Source of the DNA: Promethearchaeota archaeon
Lineage (GTDB): Archaea > Asgardarchaeota > Lokiarchaeia > Sigyniarchaeales > SOKP01
Direction of reading: 5' to 3'
DNA length: 64,000 bases
NCBI GenBank assembly: GCA_048941285.1
Contig: JBHLNS010000002.1
Span: forward strand, 1-64,000
Below, one piece after another: positions 47,917-57,234 of this stretch (its first letter is position 1; each line of letters begins with the position of its first letter). The notes beneath the pieces were generated by a model. It saw only the letters and a program-made list of their open reading frames with translations, had not been told where the DNA came from and made no database searches. The position numbers and the translations under genes are program-made.

Positions 47917-49249
47917 ATGAGTAAAACTATTGCCGTTATAGGCCTTTCGTGGGGAGTTTAGTTTTGCATGCCGCATACTAACCCTATACGAAGGCAAAGG
48001 CAAATTTGTTGACTTTTTAGCACAAAAGGCAGACATTGTTGTTCGATACAATGGAGGGAATAACGCGGGCCATACCATAAATGCTAATGGTGTCAAATAC
48101 AAGTTTAAGTTAATGCCATCTGGAGCTCCTTTAGAAAAAGAGGGTGTAATAGCCAATGGTTGTGTGGTAGATCCAAAAATCTTGCTAGAAGAAATTGAAA
48201 ACCTAAGGAAATTGAATAAAAAAGTCAATTTGAAACTGAGTTCTACAGCTCATGTAATTTTTCCCTTTCATCGTATCTTAGATGGATTAGAAGAAAAAAC
48301 AAAAGGAAATTATGCTGCTGGGACCACAAAAAGAGGAATTGGCCCTGCTTATTCGGATAAAGCAGCTCGGTGGGGTTTAAGAATCTTTGATTTAATAAAT
48401 CCTGAACTCTTGCAATCAAAATTAGAAAAACTGTTTAAAATTAAGAAAGACCTCATATCGTTATATGATCCCAATGTAGATATTAATTTAGAAGCTATCT
48501 ATGAAGAATACAAAACCTATGGGGAACAATTAAAACCTTTTGTAATTGATACAACATATTATTTGAATAAAGCTGTTGATTCTGGAAAAAAAGTTCTTTT
48601 TGAAGCAGCTCAAGGTAGTCTTTTAAGCATTGATTTTGGAATGTACCCTTACGGGACTTCTTCTAATGCAAACGCTTTAGGTATTTCGTCAGGTACTGGA
48701 ATTCCCCCTAAAAAAATTATGAAGGTAATTGGAATTGTAAAAGCATATACTTCTCGTGTTGGTGAGGGTAAATTCCCCACAGAGTTATTTAACGAAACAG
48801 CGGATAAAATCAGAGAACAAGGACATGAATATGGAACTGTAACAGGAAGACCAAGAAGGGTTGGATGGCTAGATCTTTTTAATATTCAATATGGAATTAT
48901 GATTAATGGTGTTGATAAAGTCATTATAACTCTTTTGGATGCGTTACAAGGGATTAACCCAATCAAAATTTGTATTGGCTATGATTTAAAAGGCATACAA
49001 CTTGAAAGTTGGCCAATACAATCAGAACTAATTGAAAATTGTGAACCGATTTATAAAACTTTTGAAGGTTGGGAGGAAAAGACTAGAGAAGAATGGTTGG
49101 ATATAGCGAAAAAAGGATATGATGCCCTCCCAGAAACTATGAAAACGTATATTCAAGCAATTAAAAATATCCTTAAAACTGATGTTGCAATGGTTTCGAT
49201 TGGACCAGATAGAAAGGAAACAATAGTGTTAGAAGATGTGAATTTTTAA
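47917..49249 (+). CDS. purA: Adenylosuccinate synthetase, split: join(47917..47956,47988..49249), 433 aa after removing a 31-nt insertion
   Basis: Joined frame reads [43 protein letters not shown] and continues in frame into ORF 48113..49249 (GTTKRGIGPAY, EAAQG, YTSRVGEG, EYGTVTGRPRRVGWLD). Confidence 0.93.
47957..47987 (+). other. Candidate bulge-helix-bulge/loop (BHB/BHL) intron in purA mRNA
   Basis: TTTAGTTTTGCATGCCGCATACTAACCCTAT interrupts G|AC (Asp14). 4-bp central helix GGGG/CCCU, bulges AG^U and AU^A, inner stem UUAGU/ACUAA, outer exon stem GCC-UUCG/CGAAGGC. Confidence 0.75.
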
Positions 49250-49269
49250 TGTTTTTCTTTTCTTCTTTT

Positions 49270-49830
49270 TTATTTAAAACATACTAAACCAAACCGATAA
49301 ACAAATTCATTAGGAGGCCATTCTATTTTGAAATTTAGGTTTTTTACAGTCTGAGTTACATCAATTCCGACTGCTTCCATCGAATATCTCTTTTTACCTG
49401 GATATCGACAAGGATTACCTGCATCATATGTACAACCTTTATCTTTTTCATTAAAACATACTCTACAAAATCCATCCCATAAAATAAGTATATCATCATA
49501 AAGGTCTTGATACTGATGTATAAATAAACTAATTTGTTGTTCTAACTTATCTCGTAGAAGATTTTTCATAAAAAAAGCACTTTTTATATTATTTTCATTT
49601 CTGTTAGGATGTTTTCGTTTTTCTTTATAAACATGCTTCTGTAAATTGTAAGAAACGTATATAAGAAAATGCTTTTTATATTTTGAAACTTTTTGTTCTA
49701 AATATGGTGCTTCCGGTGGGCAAGCCCAAGAATGACCATAACTAGGGCATTTAAAACCAGAATTAATACAATAATTTTGTATTTTTCGATCAAATATAAT
49801 ATCCTTAAACTGTATTTCAAGAAAAGGCAA
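49270..49830 (-). CDS. DUF2284 family metal-binding protein
   Basis: CPSYGHSWACPP, GFCRVC, CRYP, RYSMEAVGIDV. Confidence 0.85.
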   Translation of the reverse strand: MPFLEIQFKDIIFDRKIQNYCINSGFKCPSYGHSWACPPEAPYLEQKVSKYKKHFLIYVSYNLQKHVYKEKRKHPNRNENNIKSAFFMKNLLRDKLEQQISLFIHQYQDLYDDILILWDGFCRVCFNEKDKGCTYDAGNPCRYPGKKRYSMEAVGIDVTQTVKNLNFKIEWPPNEFVYRFGLVCFK

Positions 49831-49990
49831 GAGAGCTTATTATATTTAAATTAAGTTGATTTCAATTAATATTGATTTTTTTTTAAATTATAATCCCTTT
49901 AAAACTAATCTAAAAATAGAAATTTTTTTTAATAAATAAATGATATCTATGACTATTACATCCTATTAGGTAAATTAATAAACTTTTGAT

Positions 49991-50653
49991 GTGAGACGAA
50001 TGAAATTAAAATTAAAAAGCGAGAAAAGAAATCAGCTACTGAATGCAGCAAGTGAATTTAATAATGAAGTTTTAAATGGTTCCCTATTACTACATGATTG
50101 TATAACCGATTTAGTAAATGAAAAGTTAGATAAGAAAAGATTAGACAAAGTTATTGAATGTGAACATAATGCAGACCGAGCTAAAGAAAAATACATTGAT
50201 TTACTTTATAAAGATCAGCGAGCGCTTCCTTTTCTAGTTGAAGATCGTTATAGATTAATCAAATATTTGGATTTTGTCTCTGATGGCTCAGAAGAGCTGG
50301 CAATGGGGCTAAAAGTATATCCTTTTGATCTCTTTGATGATATTAGAGATAAAGTAAAAATACTTAACGATTTGTATCAAGAAACAATTGATACTTTAAT
50401 TGATATGGTAAATCTTATGGAAACAGATTTTAAAACTGCCTACCAAAAAAGTTTTCACATAGAAACTCTAAAACGAAGCGCTCGTGAAGCAAAATATAAC
50501 ATCCTAGAAAAAATTTATCAAAAACCTAAAGAAAAATCTCTTCGTGTATATTTAACATCAAAAATTTGTATAAAAATGTTTGATATGATAATTAGGGCTG
50601 AAGAGATAAGCGATTTTCTTAGAAGTTTAATAGTTAAATACCCAAGCAAATAA
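49991..50653 (+). CDS. DUF47/PhoU-like phosphate transport regulator
   Basis: ECEHNADR, REDR-like EDRYRL, helical-bundle pattern; directly upstream of a PiT transporter. Confidence 0.82.
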   Translation: MRRMKLKLKSEKRNQLLNAASEFNNEVLNGSLLLHDCITDLVNEKLDKKRLDKVIECEHNADRAKEKYIDLLYKDQRALPFLVEDRYRLIKYLDFVSDGSEELAMGLKVYPFDLFDDIRDKVKILNDLYQETIDTLIDMVNLMETDFKTAYQKSFHIETLKRSAREAKYNILEKIYQKPKEKSLRVYLTSKICIKMFDMIIRAEEISDFLRSLIVKYPSK

Positions 50654-50668
50654 AAAAAGGCGATTTAA

Positions 50669-51625
50669 ATGGCTTTTTCAATAATTTTAACAATATTTTT
50701 AGTTATAGCTATTGTTATCTCTTTTGGGATAGGTGCGAATGATGAAACTTTCGCCGGAATCTATGGTTCGAGAATTTTAAAGATGAAGCAAATTCTTATC
50801 TTAGCAACTATTTTTGCAATTGTAGGAGCATTTATTCTAGGTGGAGCAGTGAGTAAAACTGTTGGTGATGATTTACTATTAAGTATTGATAATGCTATAG
50901 TTATAACGATTTTAATTTCTACTGCTATTTGGTTGATTTTATCCTCCGCATTAGGATTGCCAATATCTACTACACATGCAACAATTGGAGCAATAATAGG
51001 CCTTGGAATAACCCCAGTTGTGAGTATACAGTGGCTAAAAATTGTTGAGTTAAGTCTCTGGTGGATATTGTCTCCAATTATTGGTTTTGCTGCTTCATTT
51101 TTAGTTTATAAGCTTATGCATCATTATAAACTAAAGCATCTAAATAGCTTTCAGAGTTTTGAAAGGACAGAAAAATTCTTTTCATACATTGTATTGATAG
51201 TTATCTGTATAACAGCTTTTTCAAGAGCTGGAAATGATTGCTCAAATGCAGTAGGTATAGTTGTAGGGATAGGAGAAATACAAATAGATCTACTTCTTTT
51301 ATTAACTGGCTTAAGTCTAGCTGGAGGTTTAATAGTATTAGGAAGAGGTGTTATTAAAAATGTTGGAAGAATTACAGAATTATATCCTAGTACTGCTTTT
51401 GCTACACAAATCCCTACAGCAGCGATTTTATTTCTTGGAACAGCACTAGGAATTCCTTTATCTGGATCTCATATGCTAGTTGCTTCAATGATCGGATTAT
51501 CAAAAGCAAGCCATACTCCTGTTAGAAGAGGGATGTGGAAAATTGTACTAATCTGGTTTTTAACCTTTCCTATGGCAGGAATTCTCTCAATTATTTTATA
51601 TATTCCTATAAGTAGCTTTTTATAA
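50669..51625 (+). CDS. PiT family inorganic phosphate transporter
   Basis: GAND, GLPISTTHATIG, AGNDCSNAVG, GIPLSGSH; polytopic hydrophobic. Confidence 0.92.
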   Translation: MAFSIILTIFLVIAIVISFGIGANDETFAGIYGSRILKMKQILILATIFAIVGAFILGGAVSKTVGDDLLLSIDNAIVITILISTAIWLILSSALGLPISTTHATIGAIIGLGITPVVSIQWLKIVELSLWWILSPIIGFAASFLVYKLMHHYKLKHLNSFQSFERTEKFFSYIVLIVICITAFSRAGNDCSNAVGIVVGIGEIQIDLLLLLTGLSLAGGLIVLGRGVIKNVGRITELYPSTAFATQIPTAAILFLGTALGIPLSGSHMLVASMIGLSKASHTPVRRGMWKIVLIWFLTFPMAGILSIILYIPISSFL

Positions 51626-51642
51626 GTTAAATAATAATTTTT

Positions 51643-52671
51643 TTATTTATTTTTCCATATATTTTCAGTATAACAAGGTACAGGTATATCTTTCATGGTT
51701 AATAATCCAGGTTTCGCATCAATTATCTTAGGTATTAAATTAGCAACCATTGCTGCGGTACCAATATCACCGTGAACGCCACCCATAATTTTTTGATGGA
51801 TATTCGGATTTCCTTCTATTATAACACTATCAAATTCTTCATGATCACCAGCAAATGCTAAAAAATCTAAGACAATTATTTCCTTATTCAGCTTTTTAGC
51901 AATAGCTTTACTCTGCAAACCACAAACATACCCTTTTGGTACTTTTTCTCCATAAGAAGTAATAATTTCCTTTTCAGAAACTATAGGTTTTGGTGGGATC
52001 TCTAAAATCTCATCATATTCAATTCCAAGAGCAGCTGCAATCATTTGAATTGATTGAATTAAACCAACATGACCAGTAATTTCTTTATCTTTAATTTTAT
52101 TATCAAATTCTTCTGGCGTTAAACCCGTTCCTATCTTACGTTGGAAAGATACTCTCCTTTTTGCAGAATTCATCATCCGTATTACTTTAATTGATTCTAC
52201 AAATTGACAAGGTGCTGTGATGACAATAGGTAATAGATCCATAAGATACCCTGGATTAATTCCTGTCCCTATAATCGATACATTTAGTGATTTTGCTAGC
52301 TGATTTAATTCTTCAGAAAGTTTGGGATAATATTGAAATGGATAAGATAATTCCTCGCATATGGAAATCACATTAATTCTTGATTTAACAGCTTCCACAA
52401 TTATTGGCGAATTCTTTTCTAATGAAGAAGATGTGGCAATAATGACAACATCAACTTTCTCCTTCGAAAGGATCTTTTTAGAGTTTGATTCTATAATTAG
52501 ATCTTCTTTGTTACCAATATCAAAAAAATCAGATAGTTTTTTCCCGTTAAATTGAGGATCTATGTCTACGACTCCCTTCAATTGTATATTATTACGGGTA
52601 AGCAATAGTTTTACTATTAATTTCCCCATTGGTCCTAAACCTACTTGAACAACTGTGAATTTTTTTTTCAT
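51643..52671 (-). CDS. Dihydrodipicolinate reductase-like / 2,4-diaminopentanoate dehydrogenase family NAD(P)-dependent amine dehydrogenase
   Basis: VGLGPMG, ISICEELSYP, GTGINPGYLMD, GHVG, GGVHGDIGTAA. Confidence 0.8.
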   Translation of the reverse strand: MKKKFTVVQVGLGPMGKLIVKLLLTRNNIQLKGVVDIDPQFNGKKLSDFFDIGNKEDLIIESNSKKILSKEKVDVVIIATSSSLEKNSPIIVEAVKSRINVISICEELSYPFQYYPKLSEELNQLAKSLNVSIIGTGINPGYLMDLLPIVITAPCQFVESIKVIRMMNSAKRRVSFQRKIGTGLTPEEFDNKIKDKEITGHVGLIQSIQMIAAALGIEYDEILEIPPKPIVSEKEIITSYGEKVPKGYVCGLQSKAIAKKLNKEIIVLDFLAFAGDHEEFDSVIIEGNPNIHQKIMGGVHGDIGTAAMVANLIPKIIDAKPGLLTMKDIPVPCYTENIWKNK

Positions 52672-52735
52672 TTGAAAAACCTATTTTAATTATTTTATGA
52701 ATAGGATATGAATGTTTATATCTATTAAAAGAATT

Positions 52736-54076
52736 TTAACTAAAAGTTGTTTGAGATACCGGTTTAGCAATTGCTTCAACTGTTTCTTGTATTTGGACAA
52801 CATTTTCGTGAGTATGAGCCATAGAAATCGATCCTAATCCATGTAATCCTGAAATATTTCGATTAAAAAGTGATAATTGAATTAAAGCTTCACGCTTTTT
52901 ATCTTTAAATTCAATAATTTCCCCAATCGAAGGATTTTCAATCCATTTTGTAAGAGCATGAAGCACTACTATCGATTTATAACCTTTAGCTATGATCGGT
53001 AATTTCTTTTCTAGAAAATATTGGTTTAGATTATTTAACAAATTATCACCTTCTTTGTTTATTCGAGAGTAATTTCTTTTTGAATTCTTTAAGATTTCCA
53101 ACGTCTTTAGCCCCGCAATCATACTTAATGGATATCCAGAGAAAGTTCCGCCTCCAATTAAAACTTGATTCTCTATACCAGGTTTCGATTTCTCAATAAT
53201 TTCTTCTCGACCACCAATGGCACCTATTGGCATTCCTCCACCAATAATTTTACCCATTGTGGTTAAATCTGGAATAACATCTATCTGGTTTTGGAATAAT
53301 GAATCTGTGAATCGATAACCCGTTATAACCTCATCAAAAATAAGAAGAATATCATATCTCTCAGTTTCCTCCCGCAATCTTTTTAGAAATTCTATATCGA
53401 CTGGAAATCCACCACCACCACCCAAAATAGGCTCTAAAATAATTGCAGCTAAATTATGAGAATTTTTCTTTATTAAATCAAATGTTTTTTCATTATTAAT
53501 TTCAAAAGTAATAATACCTGCTTCACTTGCGTTTGGAAGACCTGGAGGCCCTATATCACCAAAAATCCCTCCTACATCATAATATAAGGTGTCATTTGCC
53601 CCATGCCATCCCATTTGAGCTTTCCCTATAACTTTTCTCTTAGTAAAAGCCCGCGCTAGACGTGACGCGTACATAGTTGCTTCAGTGCCACTAGTACAAA
53701 AACGCATTTTTTCAATACTAGGATTGTCTCTTATAATAGCCTCAGCTAATTTAACTTGGTGTTCTGTATTGGTTCCAAAATGCCATCCATAAGAGACGTA
53801 TTTTTTAATAATATCTCGAATTTCAGGAGGATTATGTCCTAAAATCATAGCAAAATGTCCATTCCAACAATCAAGATACTTATTATTATCAATATCTGTC
53901 ATGAAGGCACCATTGGCAGAATTTATAAAAATTGGAAAAGCACCAATTAATTGTAACCCAAATGTTCTTATATTATGAGAAATCCCACCAGGTAATACTT
54001 TAATAGCTTTTTCCCATAATGCCTTGGTTTTAGGTCTATTACTCTGATAAGTTTTTATTTCTTCTTTGAGATACAT
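52736..54076 (-). CDS. Class III PLP aminotransferase, glutamate-1-semialdehyde aminomutase-like
   Basis: LPGG, ILGHN, FCTSGTEATM, LIFDEVITGYR, DLTTMGKIIGGGMPIGA. Confidence 0.85.
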   Translation of the reverse strand: MYLKEEIKTYQSNRPKTKALWEKAIKVLPGGISHNIRTFGLQLIGAFPIFINSANGAFMTDIDNNKYLDCWNGHFAMILGHNPPEIRDIIKKYVSYGWHFGTNTEHQVKLAEAIIRDNPSIEKMRFCTSGTEATMYASRLARAFTKRKVIGKAQMGWHGANDTLYYDVGGIFGDIGPPGLPNASEAGIITFEINNEKTFDLIKKNSHNLAAIILEPILGGGGGFPVDIEFLKRLREETERYDILLIFDEVITGYRFTDSLFQNQIDVIPDLTTMGKIIGGGMPIGAIGGREEIIEKSKPGIENQVLIGGGTFSGYPLSMIAGLKTLEILKNSKRNYSRINKEGDNLLNNLNQYFLEKKLPIIAKGYKSIVVLHALTKWIENPSIGEIIEFKDKKREALIQLSLFNRNISGLHGLGSISMAHTHENVVQIQETVEAIAKPVSQTTFS

Positions 54077-54261
54077 CTAAACCATAGAATTTATTGTATA
54101 GTTTGATATATATATTATATTTTAATAATTTAGATAAATTTCTGTGCACTTCAAATTATTTTTAAATAATTGTTTAAGTTTAAAAATAAAATACATTAAT
54201 CAGTATTGCGTGACATGGCGTTAAAAGGAGAGGAGATAATTAAAATTATAGGATGAGAAGA

Positions 54262-55566
54262 TTAGTCAATTTTAGCTCCACAGGTAGGACAATTTTCAAC
54301 TAAAGCACCACAAGTCGCTCCGCAAATTTTACAGAGCTTTATTGTTACAGCTCCTCTCTTCTTTGGAGGCTGTAAAGCTGTTATTGAAATGGGCTTTTCT
54401 TTTTGTTCAGAAGATTTTAAAGGTTCGGTTCCCACCAATTTATTTGTATTTTTAGTACCTATGGTGATTTCTTGGCCAAAAAAGCCCCCTATTTTTACTT
54501 TTTTAGTAACCTCGGGTTTTTTTTCTAATTCTGTTAGTAAGGTTCCAGAATCTGCTTCTTCCTCTAAAATTTGTTGGTCTTCAATTTCTTCTATAGTGGT
54601 TATTTGAGAAATAGGTTCTTGCAAATCAACTTCATGTAATTCTTCTTCTAAATCTTCCTCAAAAACTATATTAACAAATTCTTCGTCTAACTTTAAAAGT
54701 GTTTCACATTGAACACATCTGAAAACGTGGCGTATGCCAATATTTTTTGCAATTGAGTATTTTGCACCACAACAATTATGATATTTAGCATTACAATTAT
54801 AACATTTATGAATCTCATCAGAATGTGCTTCACAAATAGGACATAACTCTTGTTCACATATATCACAAATCTCTTCATCTTCGGGAGATAAACTAATAAG
54901 ATCTACTGCTAAACGTTCATAGAAGACTTTGTCATCAGTTAAAACCTGTTCAGATTCTTCGGTCTTAATAACTTTAAATTCTTTTTTATTCTGAATCAAT
55001 GAATCTAATATATTTGACAAAAGCTTTTCATTCGGACAATAAAATGTACCTCCGTGGGTCTCACTTGAAATTACTTTTAATTTGACATCATCTTCATAAA
55101 ATTTATCATCTCCTACACGTATGATGTCAATAAAAGCTGAAAATTTTTTTGCCTTGATCAACAAATCATAGAGTGCATTATAATATTCTTCAGATAATTT
55201 GCTTGGAGCATCTGAAATAATTATAACTCGATAATTTTTTCTCGCTTCACGACTTTTTCTAAAAATATAAGCAAGGATTTCATATAACCCATTCTCTAAA
55301 TAACTCTGTTCAATTTCCCTTCTTTCCCATGCCTCGTCAATAGTGTTCAAAACGGTTTCTACATCTTTTAAATTATAAACGCTAATAGGGTTATCATCTT
55401 TTTGGAATAAGACAACTCCATAAGAAGTTAAAGCATTATACTTATCTTTTTCTTTGATAAAAGCATTAATCGCTTTCATTAAAGACTTCTTTTTAAGAAA
55501 ATTTGAAATTAAATCTATGAAAAATATAAACTCCTCAGAATTCACGGCTTCGGTTCTTGGCAACAT
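54262..55566 (-). CDS. vWA-like domain + PHD/RING-like Zn finger + C-terminal Zn ribbon (paralog 2)
   Basis: FIFFIDL..., RVIIISDAPS, IDIIRV, THGGTFY; CDICEQELCPIC..CYNCNAKYHNCC..FRCVQC; CKICG..CPTCG. Confidence 0.7.
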   Translation of the reverse strand: MLPRTEAVNSEEFIFFIDLISNFLKKKSLMKAINAFIKEKDKYNALTSYGVVLFQKDDNPISVYNLKDVETVLNTIDEAWERREIEQSYLENGLYEILAYIFRKSREARKNYRVIIISDAPSKLSEEYYNALYDLLIKAKKFSAFIDIIRVGDDKFYEDDVKLKVISSETHGGTFYCPNEKLLSNILDSLIQNKKEFKVIKTEESEQVLTDDKVFYERLAVDLISLSPEDEEICDICEQELCPICEAHSDEIHKCYNCNAKYHNCCGAKYSIAKNIGIRHVFRCVQCETLLKLDEEFVNIVFEEDLEEELHEVDLQEPISQITTIEEIEDQQILEEEADSGTLLTELEKKPEVTKKVKIGGFFGQEITIGTKNTNKLVGTEPLKSSEQKEKPISITALQPPKKRGAVTIKLCKICGATCGALVENCPTCGAKID

Positions 55567-55701
55567 TTTAGCATCAATGATAAACTAATAACAGAAGTTT
55601 TATTTATTTTTATCTCTAATTATTATAATTTCTTTTTAATTTAATTCTAATAAAAAATTATATTATAAAAGTGTTATAAAATTCAAAGTGTACACTCTTT
55701 A

Positions 55702-57057
55702 TTATAATTTCGAGCCACAATTAGAGCATTTTATTTGTTGAGAATCATTCTGTCTCCCACATTGAGGACAAATTGTAAAGCGAGGCCTTTTCCTTTCTCT
55801 TTCATTTATTGATGAGATTGCTTTTTGGGGTATTAATTCTCTGTCTTTTTGAGCAGTAAAGTTTGACTTAAATGATGTTTGGGTAGCTCTTTCATATACA
55901 ATTTTATCACCTACTTTCTTTACTGTATAGACTTTTCCAAAAAACCCTCCAATTCTAATGGTTTTAACCCTTTCCTCTTCAGAAGAAAAAAAATCATCAA
56001 TTTCTGTGCTGGGATTGACATCTTCATTTTTTTTTTGTTCCAGAATAGATGGTGTTGATGGTAGTGGTTTGATTTTAGGAATTTCTTTAGTAATTGTCAT
56101 TAATTCTTCTTCCTCCAGGTATTCTTTTACAGTACTCACTTCCACTTCACCAGAAACCTCAATAATCTCATCTTCATCAATTTTTAGCAGTACATCACAT
56201 TCTTTATTTGGACAGCGAAAAATATTTGGAATACCTATATTATGATTTATTACATGGTTTGTAACACAGCAATTGTGGAAACTTGAATTGCAATCTTCAC
56301 AAACTACTGGTAAATCATAAATATCAACGCAAACAGGACAAACCTCCTCCTTACAGAAATAACAAACAAGACCTTCTACACTTTCTGGTTTTTTCAAAGG
56401 TTTTGCCAAATGATTATAAAAAGCATAATCTTCTTTACTTATTCTAATACGTTCAGGTTTATCTACAAATGTTGATACAAATTGTTTGGTTTTTACTAAT
56501 TTCTTAATTATTTCAGAAAATTCTTTTCGATCCTTGATATAAAAGATGCTTCCCTTAGTATCAGCCGCAAGTAAATTCAATTTTACATCATCACTAAAAA
56601 ATCGTTCACTAATGCCTGAGACTCTTATGATCTCTATAAATGTTGGAAAATTTTTAATTTTAGATACAAGGTTAAATAGAGCGTTTTGATAATCTTCGGA
56701 TAAATCAGAAGGTGTGTCAGTAATAATTATAATTCTATTATATTTAGATTTCTTTCTCACTGTTTCAGCAATATAGGAAAAAATATAAAATAATCCATTT
56801 TCAAAATAACTTTGTTGTTTTGGGCGTGTTTTCCAATTCTCTTCAATGGATTTTGCAATTATTTCAGAATCTTTTTTATCATTAATAAAGATTGGATTTC
56901 CTTCTTCTTGAAATATCAGAAGAGAATAATGGCCTTTTATATTTACTTTGTTTTTTTCCTCAATATAATATTTAATAGATTTTATGATTTCCTTTTTCTT
57001 TAATATATCTTTCGTTAAATCCAAGTAAAAATAGATATCTTCAATCATTACTTTCAC
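55702..57057 (-). CDS. vWA-like domain + PHD/RING-like Zn finger + C-terminal Zn ribbon (paralog 1)
   Basis: IYFYLDL, RIIIITDTPS, IEIIRV, TKGSIFY; CYFCKEEVCPVC..CEDCNSSFHNCC..FRCPNKEC; CPQCG..CSNCG. Confidence 0.7.
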   Translation of the reverse strand: MKVMIEDIYFYLDLTKDILKKKEIIKSIKYYIEEKNKVNIKGHYSLLIFQEEGNPIFINDKKDSEIIAKSIEENWKTRPKQQSYFENGLFYIFSYIAETVRKKSKYNRIIIITDTPSDLSEDYQNALFNLVSKIKNFPTFIEIIRVSGISERFFSDDVKLNLLAADTKGSIFYIKDRKEFSEIIKKLVKTKQFVSTFVDKPERIRISKEDYAFYNHLAKPLKKPESVEGLVCYFCKEEVCPVCVDIYDLPVVCEDCNSSFHNCCVTNHVINHNIGIPNIFRCPNKECDVLLKIDEDEIIEVSGEVEVSTVKEYLEEEELMTITKEIPKIKPLPSTPSILEQKKNEDVNPSTEIDDFFSSEEERVKTIRIGGFFGKVYTVKKVGDKIVYERATQTSFKSNFTAQKDRELIPQKAISSINERERKRPRFTICPQCGRQNDSQQIKCSNCGSKL

Positions 57058-57234
57058 ATTAACTAATTAAAAGTGATAATGTATCTCTACTATTATTAAT
57101 AATGTTAATGATAAAACCTCCTTAAATATTTTTTAGAAAAGAAATTGATATAATAAATAGAAATAAAAATTCAAATAAGTTATTAATTTATATCGAATAG
57201 TCAAAAATATGTAAAATAAATTGGTGAAAAATAA

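Noticed and set aside
47953-47990. Ribosomal frameshift/hop or MITE as explanation of the purA break
   Set aside because: No matching take-off and landing codons, the junction falls inside a codon, there is no target-site duplication, and a simple frameshift would insert about 10 residues into the P-loop.
47956-47993. Spliceosomal-like signals in the purA insert (GTTTAGT donor-like, TACTAAC branch-point-like)
   Set aside because: GT..AG excision to the AG at 47992-47993 leaves the frame broken, and a GT-start 31-nt excision gives Tyr instead of the catalytic Asp. TACTAAC is explained as the 3' strand of the inner stem.
47899-48228. 109-aa minus-strand ORF
   Set aside because: Antisense to the purA 5' region.
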